A stretch of DNA of 64,000 bases from NCBI GenBank assembly GCA_950097015.1, contig CATNEN010000041.1, positions 124,001-188,000 on the forward strand, given 5' to 3'. This stretch comes from Macrostomum hystrix. Lineage: Eukaryota; Animalia; Platyhelminthes. Below the pieces are notes generated by a model. That model worked only from the letters and a program-made list of their open reading frames with translations. It ran no database searches and was not told the DNA's origin. Shown here in pieces: positions 45,914 to 57,439 of this stretch (positions within the stretch are counted from its first letter, which is position 1; each line of letters begins with the position of its first letter). The translations under genes were made by a program, and so were the position numbers.

Positions 45914-48900
45914 ATGTCGAATGTCGGCAGTTTCGGCTGCGAGTACGCCAAGCGTGGCACCGCTGGCTGCAAGCAGTGCAAGCAGAAGATCGACAAGGAC
46001 CAGCTGCGCCTTTGCAAGGTGGGCGCCAATCCTTTCTCGTCTGAAGGCGGCGAGATGAAGATGTGGTACCACCCCGGCTGCCTGTTCTCCACCTTCGAGC
46101 GCGCCCGTGCCACCACCCGCGTGGTGGAGTCGCTGGACGACCTGGATGGCGCTGACTCGCTGCAGGACGCCGACAAAATGCTGCTGCAGCGCCTCATCGA
46201 CGATCTGGCAGAGAAGCGGCGCAACAAACCTGCTGCCGGCGGCGGCAAGGCGTCGCCAAAGAAGCTGGTGCAGACCACCCTGCCTACCAGCCCTGTCAAG
46301 GTCTTCGCTGGAGCCTCCGCTGCCGGGACCTCCGCCTCCTCATCATCGCCGACGCGGGCGCCACTGTCTATGGCCGGACCGGGCGTTTCCAAGGATGACG
46401 CGGCCAAGGACAATGCGTTTCGCACCTTCCGCAAGTTGGTGGCCGAAATCGCCGACCGGCCGGGCTATTCGGATAAGACTCGAATTCTGGCCGACTTCTT
46501 GGCCAAGTGAGCGAAGCTCCTTTTAGTCATCGCCCCTCAGTTTCGGCCAGCGCCCCTCAGATCCTCAGTTTCGGTCATCGCCCCTCAGATCCTCCGTTTC
46601 GGTCACCGCCCCTCAGATCCTCAGTTTCGGTCACCGCCTCTCAGATCCTCAGTTTCGGTCATCGCCCCTCAGATCCTCTGTTTCGGTCATCGTCCCTCAG
46701 ATCGTCGGTTTCGGTCATCGCCTCTCAGATCCTCAGTTTCGGTCACCGTCCCTCAGATCCTCCGTTTCGGTCACCGCCTCTCAGATCCTCAGTTTCGGTC
46801 AGCGCCCCTCCAAGCGTGTCCCATGACTCCTTTGCAGAGGCTCCACTGGCGGCGGCTTCAAAGGTGACCTGGGCCTGCTGATCCGCCTGCTGCTGCCTGG
46901 TGTTGAAAAGCGCGTTTACAACCTGAAAGACCGTCAGCTGTTGAAGATCTTCAGCGGCGTCTTTAATGTCTCAATTGACGCCATGCAGGTTGGTGGGCAG
47001 CTTAGCCAGGCATTTCAGTTCGAGAATTAGAAACTTCAAGCTGAACTCAAATTCACTCCACACCGCAGGACCAGCTGAACTCCAATGGCGACATCGCGGA
47101 GACGGTGGGCGCTGAATTCGACAAGCGCGGCAGCGGCTCAGCCAAAAGCTGTCTAAGCATGCAGGACGTGGACGCCTTCCTGGACGGTCTGGCCGGCCTC
47201 AGTCGCGAGGACGACCAGGCGGCCGCCTTCAAGAAGCTGGCGGCAAAGTGAGCTGGCGATGGTGGCTTGTTGCGCTGAGAAATTTGAATTTCTTTAGGAA
47301 TTCGCGCGAATTCAAATTATTGGCGCTTGCGTATTCCACTGATACTACTACAATAGTATTACCGTCTGGACATTTGCCTCTTGCCTCACCCAGGTGCACA
47401 GGCAACGACCTGCGCATGGTGCTGCGCCTGGTCCGCCACGACCTGCGCATGAACGCCGGCGCCAAGCACATCCTGGACGCCATCGACCCCAACGCTTACG
47501 CTGCCTACCAGGCCTCCAGAAATCTGCACGACGTTCTCTGGCGCGCCCTGGCCGCCAAGGCCAGCCCTGTGAAACGCAACCTCAGCGTGCGAGCCGCCCT
47601 CATGACCCCTGTGCTGCCAATGCTGGCCGAGGCATGTCGCTCCGTGGAACAGGTTGGCAGTCCTGTCCCATATCAATGAGATATTATCTAAATATCCTAT
47701 CATCCCCACCCTCATCATCCCCAGTATCCAAAACCCACCCTCATTATCCCCAGTATCCATAATCCCACCTCATTATCCCCAGTATCCAAATCCCACCTCA
47801 TTATCCCCAGTATCCAAATCCCACCTCATCATCCCCAGTATCCATAATCCCACCTCATTATCCCCAGTATCCATAATCCCACCTCATTATCCCCAGTATC
47901 CAAAACCCACCCTCATTATCCCCAGTATCCATAATCCCACCTCATTATCCCCAGTATCCAAATCCCACCCTCATTATCCCCAGTATCCATAATCCCACCT
48001 CATTATCCCCAGTATCCATAATCCCACCTCATTATCCCCAGTATCCAAATCCCACCTCATTATCCCCAGTATCCAAATCCCACCTCATTATCCCCAGTAT
48101 CCAAATCCCACCATCATCATCCCCAGTATCCAAATCCCACCCTCATTATCCCCAGTATCCATAATCCCACCTCATTATCCCCAGTATCCATAATCCCACT
48201 ACACATCATCGCGCACTGTCCCAAATTCTTCCATTCACGTGACGCCAGAGTTTTCTCTCGTTCTCAACTCTGCAGGCCATGCGCCGCTGTCCCAACGGCT
48301 TCTACGCTGAAATCAAATACGACGGCGAGCGGGTGCAGGTGCACAAGCAGGGCCAGCAGTTCTCATATTTCAGCCGCTCCCTGAAGCCCGTGCAGCCTCA
48401 CAAGGTGAGTACGGAGCACTGACGGCCGCATTCCGAAACGGAGCATATCCCAAAAAGTTGTCGCGAAAAAAGCTTTTAGTAAAATATCTATATAAAGCCG
48501 CAGTCTTTGATTATCAAGAATTCTCGAATCCCTTCCGTAATATATTTACACCACATTGCTTTTGAGAAGCCACTATCCCCCCTCGAAGTACCCTATTCTC
48601 ATTAAAATCCCACTAAATCCCATTGTCCCCCATTCTAGTTCCTCGACCCCTCTCAGATCCCTCTATTTCACTCCAAATCCCACTATCCAAACTTATCCCA
48701 CTATCCACTTATCCCACTATCCAAACTTATCCCACTATCCACTTATCCCACTATCCACTTATCCCACTATCCACTTATCCCACTTTCCACTTATCCCACT
48801 ATCCACTTATCCCACTTTCCACTTATCCCACTATCCACTTATCCCACTATCCACTTATCCCACTTTCCATTTATCCCACTTTCCACTTATCCCACTATCC

Positions 48901-50859
48901 ACATTCTAGGGCCTAATGCTCATAAAATCTATCTTCATTTTCAGTTGAGTCCGTAATGTCGAATCTCAGGCCTAAAATCCTATTTAATTGTGATTATCGA
49001 AATTCCACACCACTAAAATCCCATCATCTTCCCGCCGCAGGTCGCTCATCTCAAGGAGTTTATTCCGCGCGCATTTCCCAGCGGTGACAATCTCATTGTG
49101 GACACCGAGGTGCTGCTGATGGACACCAAGACTGACAAGCCGCTGCCTTTCGGCACCCTCGGCCGGCACAAGAAGGAAGCGTTCAAGGACGCCACGGTGT
49201 GCCTGTTTGTGTTCGACTGTCTGCAGTTTAATAACGACAACCTCATGCTGCGGCCGCTCAAGGAGAGACGCGAAGTAAACGCTCTTGTACTTTTATGTTG
49301 GTAAAGTGCTCTTGTAGCTTAGCTTAATATTGCTCGGCAACTCTAAGGTAGATGAGTGCTTGTAGTTAACAAAATTCCATCACTCCTCACTCTGTCACTC
49401 CTGGATCGAATCCCAGGTGCTGGAGCGCAGCATGAAGGAGGTGAGGCACCGAGTTCACCTGTCCGAGGCGGAGCTGATTCGCAGTCCGGCTCCGCTTGAG
49501 CGCCTTTTAAAGCGCGTCTTTAACGAAGGCCTCGAAGGCCTGGTGCTGAAGTCGCTGGACGGCGTGTACGAACCTGGCAAGCGGCACTGGCTGAAGATGA
49601 AGAAGGACTACCTGCACGACGGCGCCATGGCCGACTCCGCTGACTTGGTGGTGCTGGGTGGCTACTATGGCACGGGCAGCAAAGGCGGCCAGCTGTCCGT
49701 CTTTCTCATGGGCTGTCACGATGGCGAAGGCGCCTGGCGGACCGTCTGCAAATGTGGCAACGGCTTCGACGATGCCACGGTGGCCAAACTGCAGAAGAGC
49801 ATCGACTGGGTCAAGTGCGTGCCATATAATGGGTTGTAGCCTAGCGGTTAGGGCGGCGGGCTCACGACTTAACGATCGGGGGTTCGATTCCCGACTCCAC
49901 TAAATAGCATCAACTGTGGTAACTGATGGTGCGGGTGTGGCGTCCCCCCAGTCCATGGACTGATTAGCATAAGCAGCCTTCAGATGTGCCACTCAATAGC
50001 CGTGACTGTGCTGTCGGCTGCACATCTGTCCGGATTGGGGCAGGTGTAATCATTTATTATTAATATTATTCTTGACCATGTGAAGCTAGTTAGATCCTCG
50101 GAAGGTTAAATGAGAGGTCACGTGATCGCTTTTTTGTCTTAAATATGGTCACGTGACCAAAATCAATTCTTCAGGTGCGACCGCCGCAACCCGCCGAGCT
50201 GGCTGCGCTGCAGCAGCGGCCTCCTGCCCGACTGTCTGGTGCGCGACCCGAAGGCCTCCCCGGTTTGGGAGATCACCGGCGCCGAGTTCTCCCACTCGTC
50301 GCAGCACACGGCCGGCGGCGTCGGCATCCGGTTTCCACGCGTCACGAAGGTGCGCGACGACAAGACCTGGCGGGAGGCCACCAACCTGGCCCGGCTGCTC
50401 AAACTCGCAGCGGAGTCAAAGCGATTCACCGGCGCCGACGACGGAGACGAAGACGCGGACGAGGACGCTGCATGCAGTGAGGACGACGACGAAGACGCGG
50501 CGCCGCCGCCGCCGTCGAAGGCAGGAAAATCCGGGCCGCTCGGCAAGAAGGCGGTGGCGGACGCGGCGGAGGCGTCGCCACCTAAGCGACAGCGGCTGCA
50601 GCTGCCAGACGCCTTAAAGTCGGCGCGGATATTCTTCGCTAGCGGTGTGCCTCAGGCCGATCGTCGCGAGCTCGAACGCTTGATCTACGCTTACGACGGC
50701 GACGTTGTCGACGATGCAGCCGACGCTACGCATTTGGTGCGGCCTGACGATGCCGCAGAAGACGATGAGGAGGATGGCACAACGCCCGGACCCGTTGTGG
50801 GCACCGTCGGGTGGCTTCGGCGATGCCTCGCTGCGCGCCGCATCCTGCCGGTCACGTGA
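45914..50859 (+). CDS. LIG3: DNA ligase III: PARP-type zinc finger, DNA-binding, adenylation, OB-fold and BRCT domains
   Basis: EYAKRGTAGCKQCK..WYHPGC; VYNLKDRQLLKIFS; PMLAEACRSVE; EIKYDGERVQVHK; EGLVLK; WLKMKKDY; VWEITGAEFS; IRFPRVTKVRDDK; C-terminal BRCT-like segment. Confidence 0.96.
46520..46810. repeat. About 29-bp minisatellite in LIG3 intron 1
   Basis: Unit cctcagatcctcagtttcggtca(c/t)cgcc. Confidence 0.9.
47700..48200. repeat. 28/29-bp minisatellite in a LIG3 intron
   Basis: Unit cctcattatccccagtatcca(t)aatccca. Confidence 0.92.
48680..48902. repeat. 16-bp minisatellite in a LIG3 intron
   Basis: Unit ttatcccact(a/t)tccac. Confidence 0.9.
49831..50065 (+). mobile_element. SINE family A, copy 3 (LIG3 intron)
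   Basis: gggttgtagcctagcggttagggcggcgggctcacgacttaacgatcgggggttcgattcccg (A box TAGCCTAGCGG, B box GGTTCGATTCCC), then the family A tail; middle domain deleted. Confidence 0.8.
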
Positions 50860-50987
50860 TCGTCGAATAGCTTCAAACCGACGGTGATAGTGCTTTATCC
50901 CTAGCGTCTCTAAATATCCATGATCAAGTGATTAGCTCTTAAGCTTTTTACTTTTTACTGCTGTCAACGACTGACACCTGGCTGGCT

Positions 50988-51780
50988 GTTACACACACGC
51001 ACACTCACACTCGCACACACTCTCACACACTCACACTCACTCACACACACTCACACACACTCACACACACTCACACTCACACTCACTCACACACACTCAC
51101 TCACACACACACACACACTCACTCACACACACTCACACTCACACACACACTCTCACACACACTCACTCACACACACACACACTCACTCTCACACACACTC
51201 TCACACACACACTCACACTCACTCTCACACACACACTCACACACACACGCACACACACACTCTCACACACACACACTCTCACACACACACACTCTCACAC
51301 ACACACACTCTCACACACACACACTCTCACACACACACACTCTCACACACACACACTCTCACACACACACACTCTCACACACACACACTCTCACACACAC
51401 ACACTCTCACACACACACACACTCTCACACACACACTCACACACACACTCACACACACACGCACACACACACGCACACACACTCACACACTCTCACACAC
51501 ACACACTCTCACACACACACGCACACACACTCACACACACACTCACTCTCACACTCACTCTCACACACACACTCACACACACACGCACACACGCACACAC
51601 ACACGCACACACACGCACACACACTCACACACTCTCACACACACACACTCTCACACACACACGCACACACACTCACACACACACTCACTCTCACACTCAC
51701 TCTCACACACACACTCTCACACACACTCTCACACACACACACACTCACACACACACTCTCACACACACACGCACACACAT
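50988..51780. repeat. Compound (CA)n/(CT)n microsatellite, about 790 bp
   Basis: Directly visible. Confidence 0.97.
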
Positions 51781-52257
51781 TGATGCTGATTCAGTTTTGC
51801 CTTGATTTAAAACAGATTCGCCTATAAGTTTCATTTTATTCTCCTCTATTCTACTTCATTTTATTCCACATTCTAAACTGTTCTGTCAGCTCATATTGTG
51901 TATTGCTTAGACAAAGTTGGAATAAATAATTCGATTTTAATCCAATTTTGCAAGTAGTTTATTCTCTGCTTAGCGACTGCGCCTACCAGTGCCTTAGTTT
52001 ATTCCTGTTTATTCCTGATTCGTTATTGCACATTTTATGTGTTTATATAGCTTAGATTTCAGCTCATCCATCACTTTCGTGCACATTCCTCAATTCCTAT
52101 TGACTGTCTGAAAATAAATTCAACAGCGTCCGAGCTGTGCTCTCGCTAGGCCCTGCAGCCACTCGTTTTAAAGCATAATTTATTTTGAATTTGTAAGTGC
52201 ACGACGTATAATATACGATAGGACCCAATTTTTAGAATCGAACATTATCCTCGAATG

Positions 52258-52400
52258 GGGGTCGGTTGCAGAATGCGTTCGCCTCTCACACCAAGGTCCC
52301 TGAGCTCGATTCCGCAGCGAGGCCACATCAAATTGGGACGCAGCCGCGGAGAGAAGGCTTAGGGGCTTGTCGTGCAATTTACACCCTTTACCTTACGGGC
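52258..52400 (+). mobile_element. SINE family B, 5' fragment upstream of the ZNF gene
   Basis: gggtcggttgcagaatgcgttcgcctctcacaccaaggtccctgagctcgattccgcagcgaggccacat..ggggcttgtcgtgcaatt matches the reverse complement of 58900-59032. Confidence 0.7.
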
Positions 52401-52482
52401 GATGTCTGGCCTCATTCTTAGCCCAATCAATGCATCTGTAATTGATCTCGCAAGCTATTGAGATGCGTGTGCTGCCTTGCAG

Positions 52483-53844
52483 ATGCAGCAGAGGTCCATT
52501 TCCTGCCCCGTCTGCCCAAGGCGGTTCAGCAAGCGCCGCCTAGCGGGTTACCTACGCCACGCGGAGTCGCACGGACTTGGCCGCGAATCAGGTGGGCCGG
52601 AGACCAGTTCGGAAGGCACAGCGGCAGCGGAGCGGCAGGAGTCTCCGGATGAGTCAGCAATGATGCCCGAGCAGCTAGTGATCGATGGTGTACGGATCAT
52701 CTGTGATCCTGACAGGGATTCGCCGAGTGATTTGAGTGTTAGTTCAGGCGGAGCTGCCGACACTGCGGATAAGAAGGGCTACTCATGCGAGCACCGCGGC
52801 AATAGATTCGCCTTGATCAGTCATTTCAAGCTTCGCAAGAGGTCGCAAACTGGCGAGAGGCACCCTCTGAGCACTCAAATAGCGGATGAGCACAGAGAGG
52901 AGAAGCCGCACAAGTGTCTGCAGTGCGGCAGAGCTTTTGCTCAGAAGGGGCACCTTAATGTGCACAAGCGTATTCACAGTGGCGAGCGGCCGTACCAGTG
53001 TAGCATCTGCGACAGACGGTTTCACATAATGTCCACTGTCAGATTCCACATCAGAACTGTGCACTACAAAGATAGGCCTGCCCAATGTCAGCAATGCGGC
53101 AAAGGCTTTGCTTCCGCTTACCATCTCGCCAAACACATCCGCACTCACTCCGATGAGAAGCCGTTTGAGTGCACCGAGTGCGGCAAAAAGTTCCGAGACA
53201 GAAGCTCACTTGCTGTGCACGGGAAAGTGCACACCGGCGACAGGCCTTACTTGTGCAATATCTGCGGCGAGAGATTCAAGAGCTCATCGCATGCCCAGGT
53301 GCACAGCGGCGAGCGGCCTTTCCTCTGCAAGGTGTGCGGAAGAAGATTTAGTCAGTCTGGGAACCTCAAAACTCACATGAGAGTGCACACGGGTGAGAAG
53401 CCCTTCGCTTGCAGGATCTGCGGCAAAAGGTACAGGCAGTCTAGCGACCTCGGCAGGCACAGCAAGCTGCACACTGGTGAGAAGCTGCACTACTGCAATG
53501 TGTGCGACTTCAAGTGCACAGATCGATGCATACTCAAGCAACACCTCAGAGTTCACTCCGGTGAGAAGCCATTCGAGTGCAAACTGTGCGACTACAAATG
53601 CTCATTTGCGGGCGCCCTCGTCACTCACCTCAGAGTGCACACTGGTGCGAAGCCTTACTCGTGCAAAGTGTGCGGCAAGAGATTTCGTTTTCACAGCGGC
53701 ATTAGCAGGCACATGCTGCTGCACACTGACCAGATGCCATTCTGTTGCTCCAGCTGCGGCAGGCGATTTAAAAGCTCTTCCTATCTCGCTAGGCATCGAT
53801 GTCGCATGGGCGCCAGTAAGGTGAATTCGTCTGCCAGGTGTTGA
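52483..53844 (+). CDS. Tandem C2H2 (Krueppel-like) zinc-finger protein, single coding exon, 11 tandem fingers plus 2 degenerate N-terminal ones
   Basis: Repeated C-x2-C-x12-H-x3-H with TGEKP/SGERP linkers. First ATG is at 52483 (the ORF-track start 52477 is TTG), directly after ttgcag. Confidence 0.9.
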   Translation: MQQRSISCPVCPRRFSKRRLAGYLRHAESHGLGRESGGPETSSEGTAAAERQESPDESAMMPEQLVIDGVRIICDPDRDSPSDLSVSSGGAADTADKKGYSCEHRGNRFALISHFKLRKRSQTGERHPLSTQIADEHREEKPHKCLQCGRAFAQKGHLNVHKRIHSGERPYQCSICDRRFHIMSTVRFHIRTVHYKDRPAQCQQCGKGFASAYHLAKHIRTHSDEKPFECTECGKKFRDRSSLAVHGKVHTGDRPYLCNICGERFKSSSHAQVHSGERPFLCKVCGRRFSQSGNLKTHMRVHTGEKPFACRICGKRYRQSSDLGRHSKLHTGEKLHYCNVCDFKCTDRCILKQHLRVHSGEKPFECKLCDYKCSFAGALVTHLRVHTGAKPYSCKVCGKRFRFHSGISRHMLLHTDQMPFCCSSCGRRFKSSSYLARHRCRMGASKVNSSARC

Positions 53845-54290
53845 TGAGCTTTCATTGACCAAAACAAGCGGCTTCCGTGCAGTAATTGCTTAGTTAATTT
53901 ACTAGCAGCTGAGACACTCTTTGGTTGCTTGCTTGAATTGAATACCTTATCCGGCAATTGCGTATTTTTATTGGATATTTTTATTGTGGTTCTGTGTGAA
54001 TTAATCATTTGTTTCATAATTTTTTCTTCGTTGTGTTGTTTATTTAATAAACATTTTTGCGACAAATATCTGTTCAGAGCAGTGCGGGCTCTGATTCGTT
54101 CGCTCTCCAGCCACTGGAAGCGGCTGCTGTGCGGCCCAAAAAGCGAATCTTTTTGTTTTCTTTCTTTAAATCAACTCATTTGTTTTTAAGTCAGGGATTT
54201 TGTTTCACTGCTCAAGATATACGAACACAGTTTTACAAGTTCAATGCTTTGCAACTGTTAGTTTTTGTTACTCTGATATTCGGCTTTTGT

Positions 54291-57181
54291 GACCAATCAC
54301 ACTGCTGATCAGACATTCACATATTTGCTGACCAATCACACTGCTGATCAGACATTCACATATTTGCTGACCAATCACGCTGCTGATCAGACATTCACAT
54401 ATTTGCTGACCAATCACGCTGCTGATCAGACATTCACATATTTGCTGACCAATCACACTGCTGATCAGACATTCACATATTTGCTGACCAATCACACTGC
54501 TGATCAGACATTCACATATTTGCTGACCAATCACGCTGCTGATCAGACATTCACATATTTGCTGACCAATCACACTGCTGATCAGACATTCACATATTTG
54601 CTGACCAATCACACTGCTGATCAGACATTCACATATTTGCTGACCAATCACACTGCTGATCAGACATTCACATATTTGCTGACCAATCACACTGCTGATC
54701 AGACATTCACATATTTGCTGACCAATCACACTGCTGATCAGACATTCACATATTTGCTGACCAATCACACTGCTGATCAGACATTCACATATTTGCTGAC
54801 CAATCACACTGCTGATCAGACATTCACATATTTGCTGACCAATCACACTGCTGATCAGACATTCACATATTTGCTGACCAATCACACTGCTGATCAGACA
54901 TTCACATATTTGCTGACCAATCACACTGCTGATCAGACATTCACATATTTGCTGACCAATCACGCTGCTGATCAGACATTCACATATTTGCTGACCAATC
55001 ACGCTGCTGATCAGACATTCACATATTTGCTGACCAATCACGCTGCTGATCAGACATTCACATATTTGCTGACCAATCACGCTGCTGATCAGACATTCAC
55101 ATATTTGCTGACCAATCACGCTGCTGATCAGACATTCACATATTTGCTGACCAATCACACTGCTGATCAGACATTCACATATTTGCTGACCAATCACACT
55201 GCTGATCAGACATTCACATATTTGCTGACCAATCACACTGCTGATCAGACATTCACATATTTGCTGACCAATCACACTGCTGATCAGACATTCACATATT
55301 TGCTGACCAATCACACTGCTGATCAGACATTCACATATTTGCTGACCAATCACACTGCTGATCAGACATTCACATATTTGCTGACCAATCACGCTGCTGA
55401 TCAGACATTCACATATTTGCTGACAATCACACTGCTATCAGACATTCACATATTTGCTGACCAATCACGCTGCTGATCAGACATTCACATATTTGCTGAC
55501 CAATCACACTGCTGATCAGACATTCACATATTTGCTGACCAATCACGCTGCTGATCAGACATTCACATATTTGCTGACCAATCACACTGCTATCAGACAT
55601 TCACATATTTGCTGACCAATCACGCTGCTGATCAGACATTCACATATTTGCTGACCAATCACACTGCTGATCAGACATTCACATATTTGCTGACCAATCA
55701 CGCTGCTGATCAGACATTCACATATTTGCTGACCAATCACACTGCTGATCAGACATTCACATATTTGCTGACCAATCACACTGCTGATCAGACATTCACA
55801 TATTTGCTGACCAATCACGCTGCTGATCAGACATTCACATATTTGCTGACCAATCACGCTGCTGATCAGACATTCACATATTTGCTGACCAATCACGCTG
55901 CTGATCAGACATTCACATATTTGCTGACCAATCACGCTGCTGATCAGACATTCACATATTTGCTGACCAATCACACTGCTGATCAGACATTCACATATTT
56001 GCTGACCAATCACGCTGCTGATCAGACATTCACATATTTGCTGACCAATCACACTGCTGATCAGACATTCACATATTTGCTGACCAATCACACTGCTGAT
56101 CAGACATTCACATATTTGCTGACCAATCACGCTGCTGATCAGACATTCACATATTTGCTGACCAATCACACTGCTGATCAGACATTCACATATTTGCTGA
56201 CCAATCACACTGCTGATCAGACATTCACATATTTGCTGACCAATCACGCTGCTGATCAGACATTCACATATTTGCTGACCAATCACACTGCTGATCAGAC
56301 ATTCACATATTTGCTGACCAATCACGCTGCTGATCAGACATTCACATATTTGCTGACCAATCACGCTGCTGATCAGACATTCACATATTTGCTGACCAAT
56401 CACACTGCTGATCAGACATTCACATATTTGCTGACCAATCACGCTGCTGATCAGACATTCACATATTTGCTGACCAATCACACTGCTGATCAGACATTCA
56501 CATATTTGCTGACCAATCACACTGCTGATCAGACATTCACATATTTGCTGACCAATCACGCTGCTGATCAGACATTCACATATTTGCTGACCAATCACAC
56601 TGCTGATCAGACATTCACATATTTGCTGACCAATCACGCTGCTGATCAGACATTCACATATTTGCTGACCAATCACACTGCTGATCAGACATTCACATAT
56701 TTGCTGACCAATCACACTGCTGATCAGACATTCACATATTTGCTGACCAATCACACTGCTGATCAGACATTCACATATTTGCTGACCAATCACACTGCTG
56801 ATCAGACATTCACATATTTGCTGACCAATCACACTGCTGATCAGACATTCACATATTTGCTGACCAATCACGCTGCTGATCAGACATTCACATATTTGCT
56901 GACCAATCACGCTGCTGATCAGACATTCACATATTTGCTGACCAATCACACTGCTGATCAGACATTCACATATTTGCTGACCAATCACACTGCTGATCAG
57001 ACATTCACATATTTGCTGACCAATCACGCTGCTGATCAGACATTCACATATTTGCTGACCAATCACGCTGCTGATCAGACATTCACATATTTGCTGACCA
57101 ATCACACTGCTGATCAGACATTCACATATTTGCTGACCAATCACACTGCTGATCAGACATTCACATATTTGCTGACCAATC
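54291..57181. repeat. 39-bp satellite array, about 74 copies, nearly homogeneous
   Basis: Unit gaccaatcac(a/g)ctgctgatcagacattcacatatttgct; a few 1-nt deletions near 55425-55435 and 55590. Confidence 0.98.
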
Positions 57182-57439
57182 AAAGGCTCCTTCAGAAACT
57201 TTTTTTCTTCACCGGGCTTGTTTTCATGATTTAGCAATTCAAAAAAAAGGCCCAGTTAACGGGAGCACAGAAAGACACTAACAGTTAGAGAACAAAGCGG
57301 CCCTTATAATGGCGAACCAGACGGACCCCAACTGCAAGACAAATTTCCCAAATCGATTTGATTTCAGCTTCCTGGAAATATCCAGCTTCGATCAAGCAGG
57401 CCGCCTAGCAACAGACTCTAAGCAAATCGATCGAGCAAA

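Noticed and set aside
49831-49900. tRNA-like sequences here, at 22600-22674 (minus) and a GGTTCGAATCC B box near 26383
   Set aside because: No complete cloverleaf or acceptor stem could be built and two continue into a shared SINE body, so they are treated as SINE heads or remnants rather than tRNA genes.
50988-51780. Long (CA)n tract as a special element
   Set aside because: It is an ordinary compound microsatellite; its Z-DNA potential is generic and nothing specific supports a function here.
54291-57181. CRISPR-like appearance of this and other regular arrays (9.8, 20.4, 25.5, 61.7 kb)
   Set aside because: Units are head-to-tail with no unique spacers, there are no cas genes, and the context is eukaryotic.
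54268-57237. Very long ORFs on both strands (374-551 aa; TNHTADQTFTYLL / IGQQICECLISSV repeats)
   Set aside because: They are a by-product of a 39-nt (multiple of 3) satellite lacking stops in those frames; there is no unique coding sequence or splice context.
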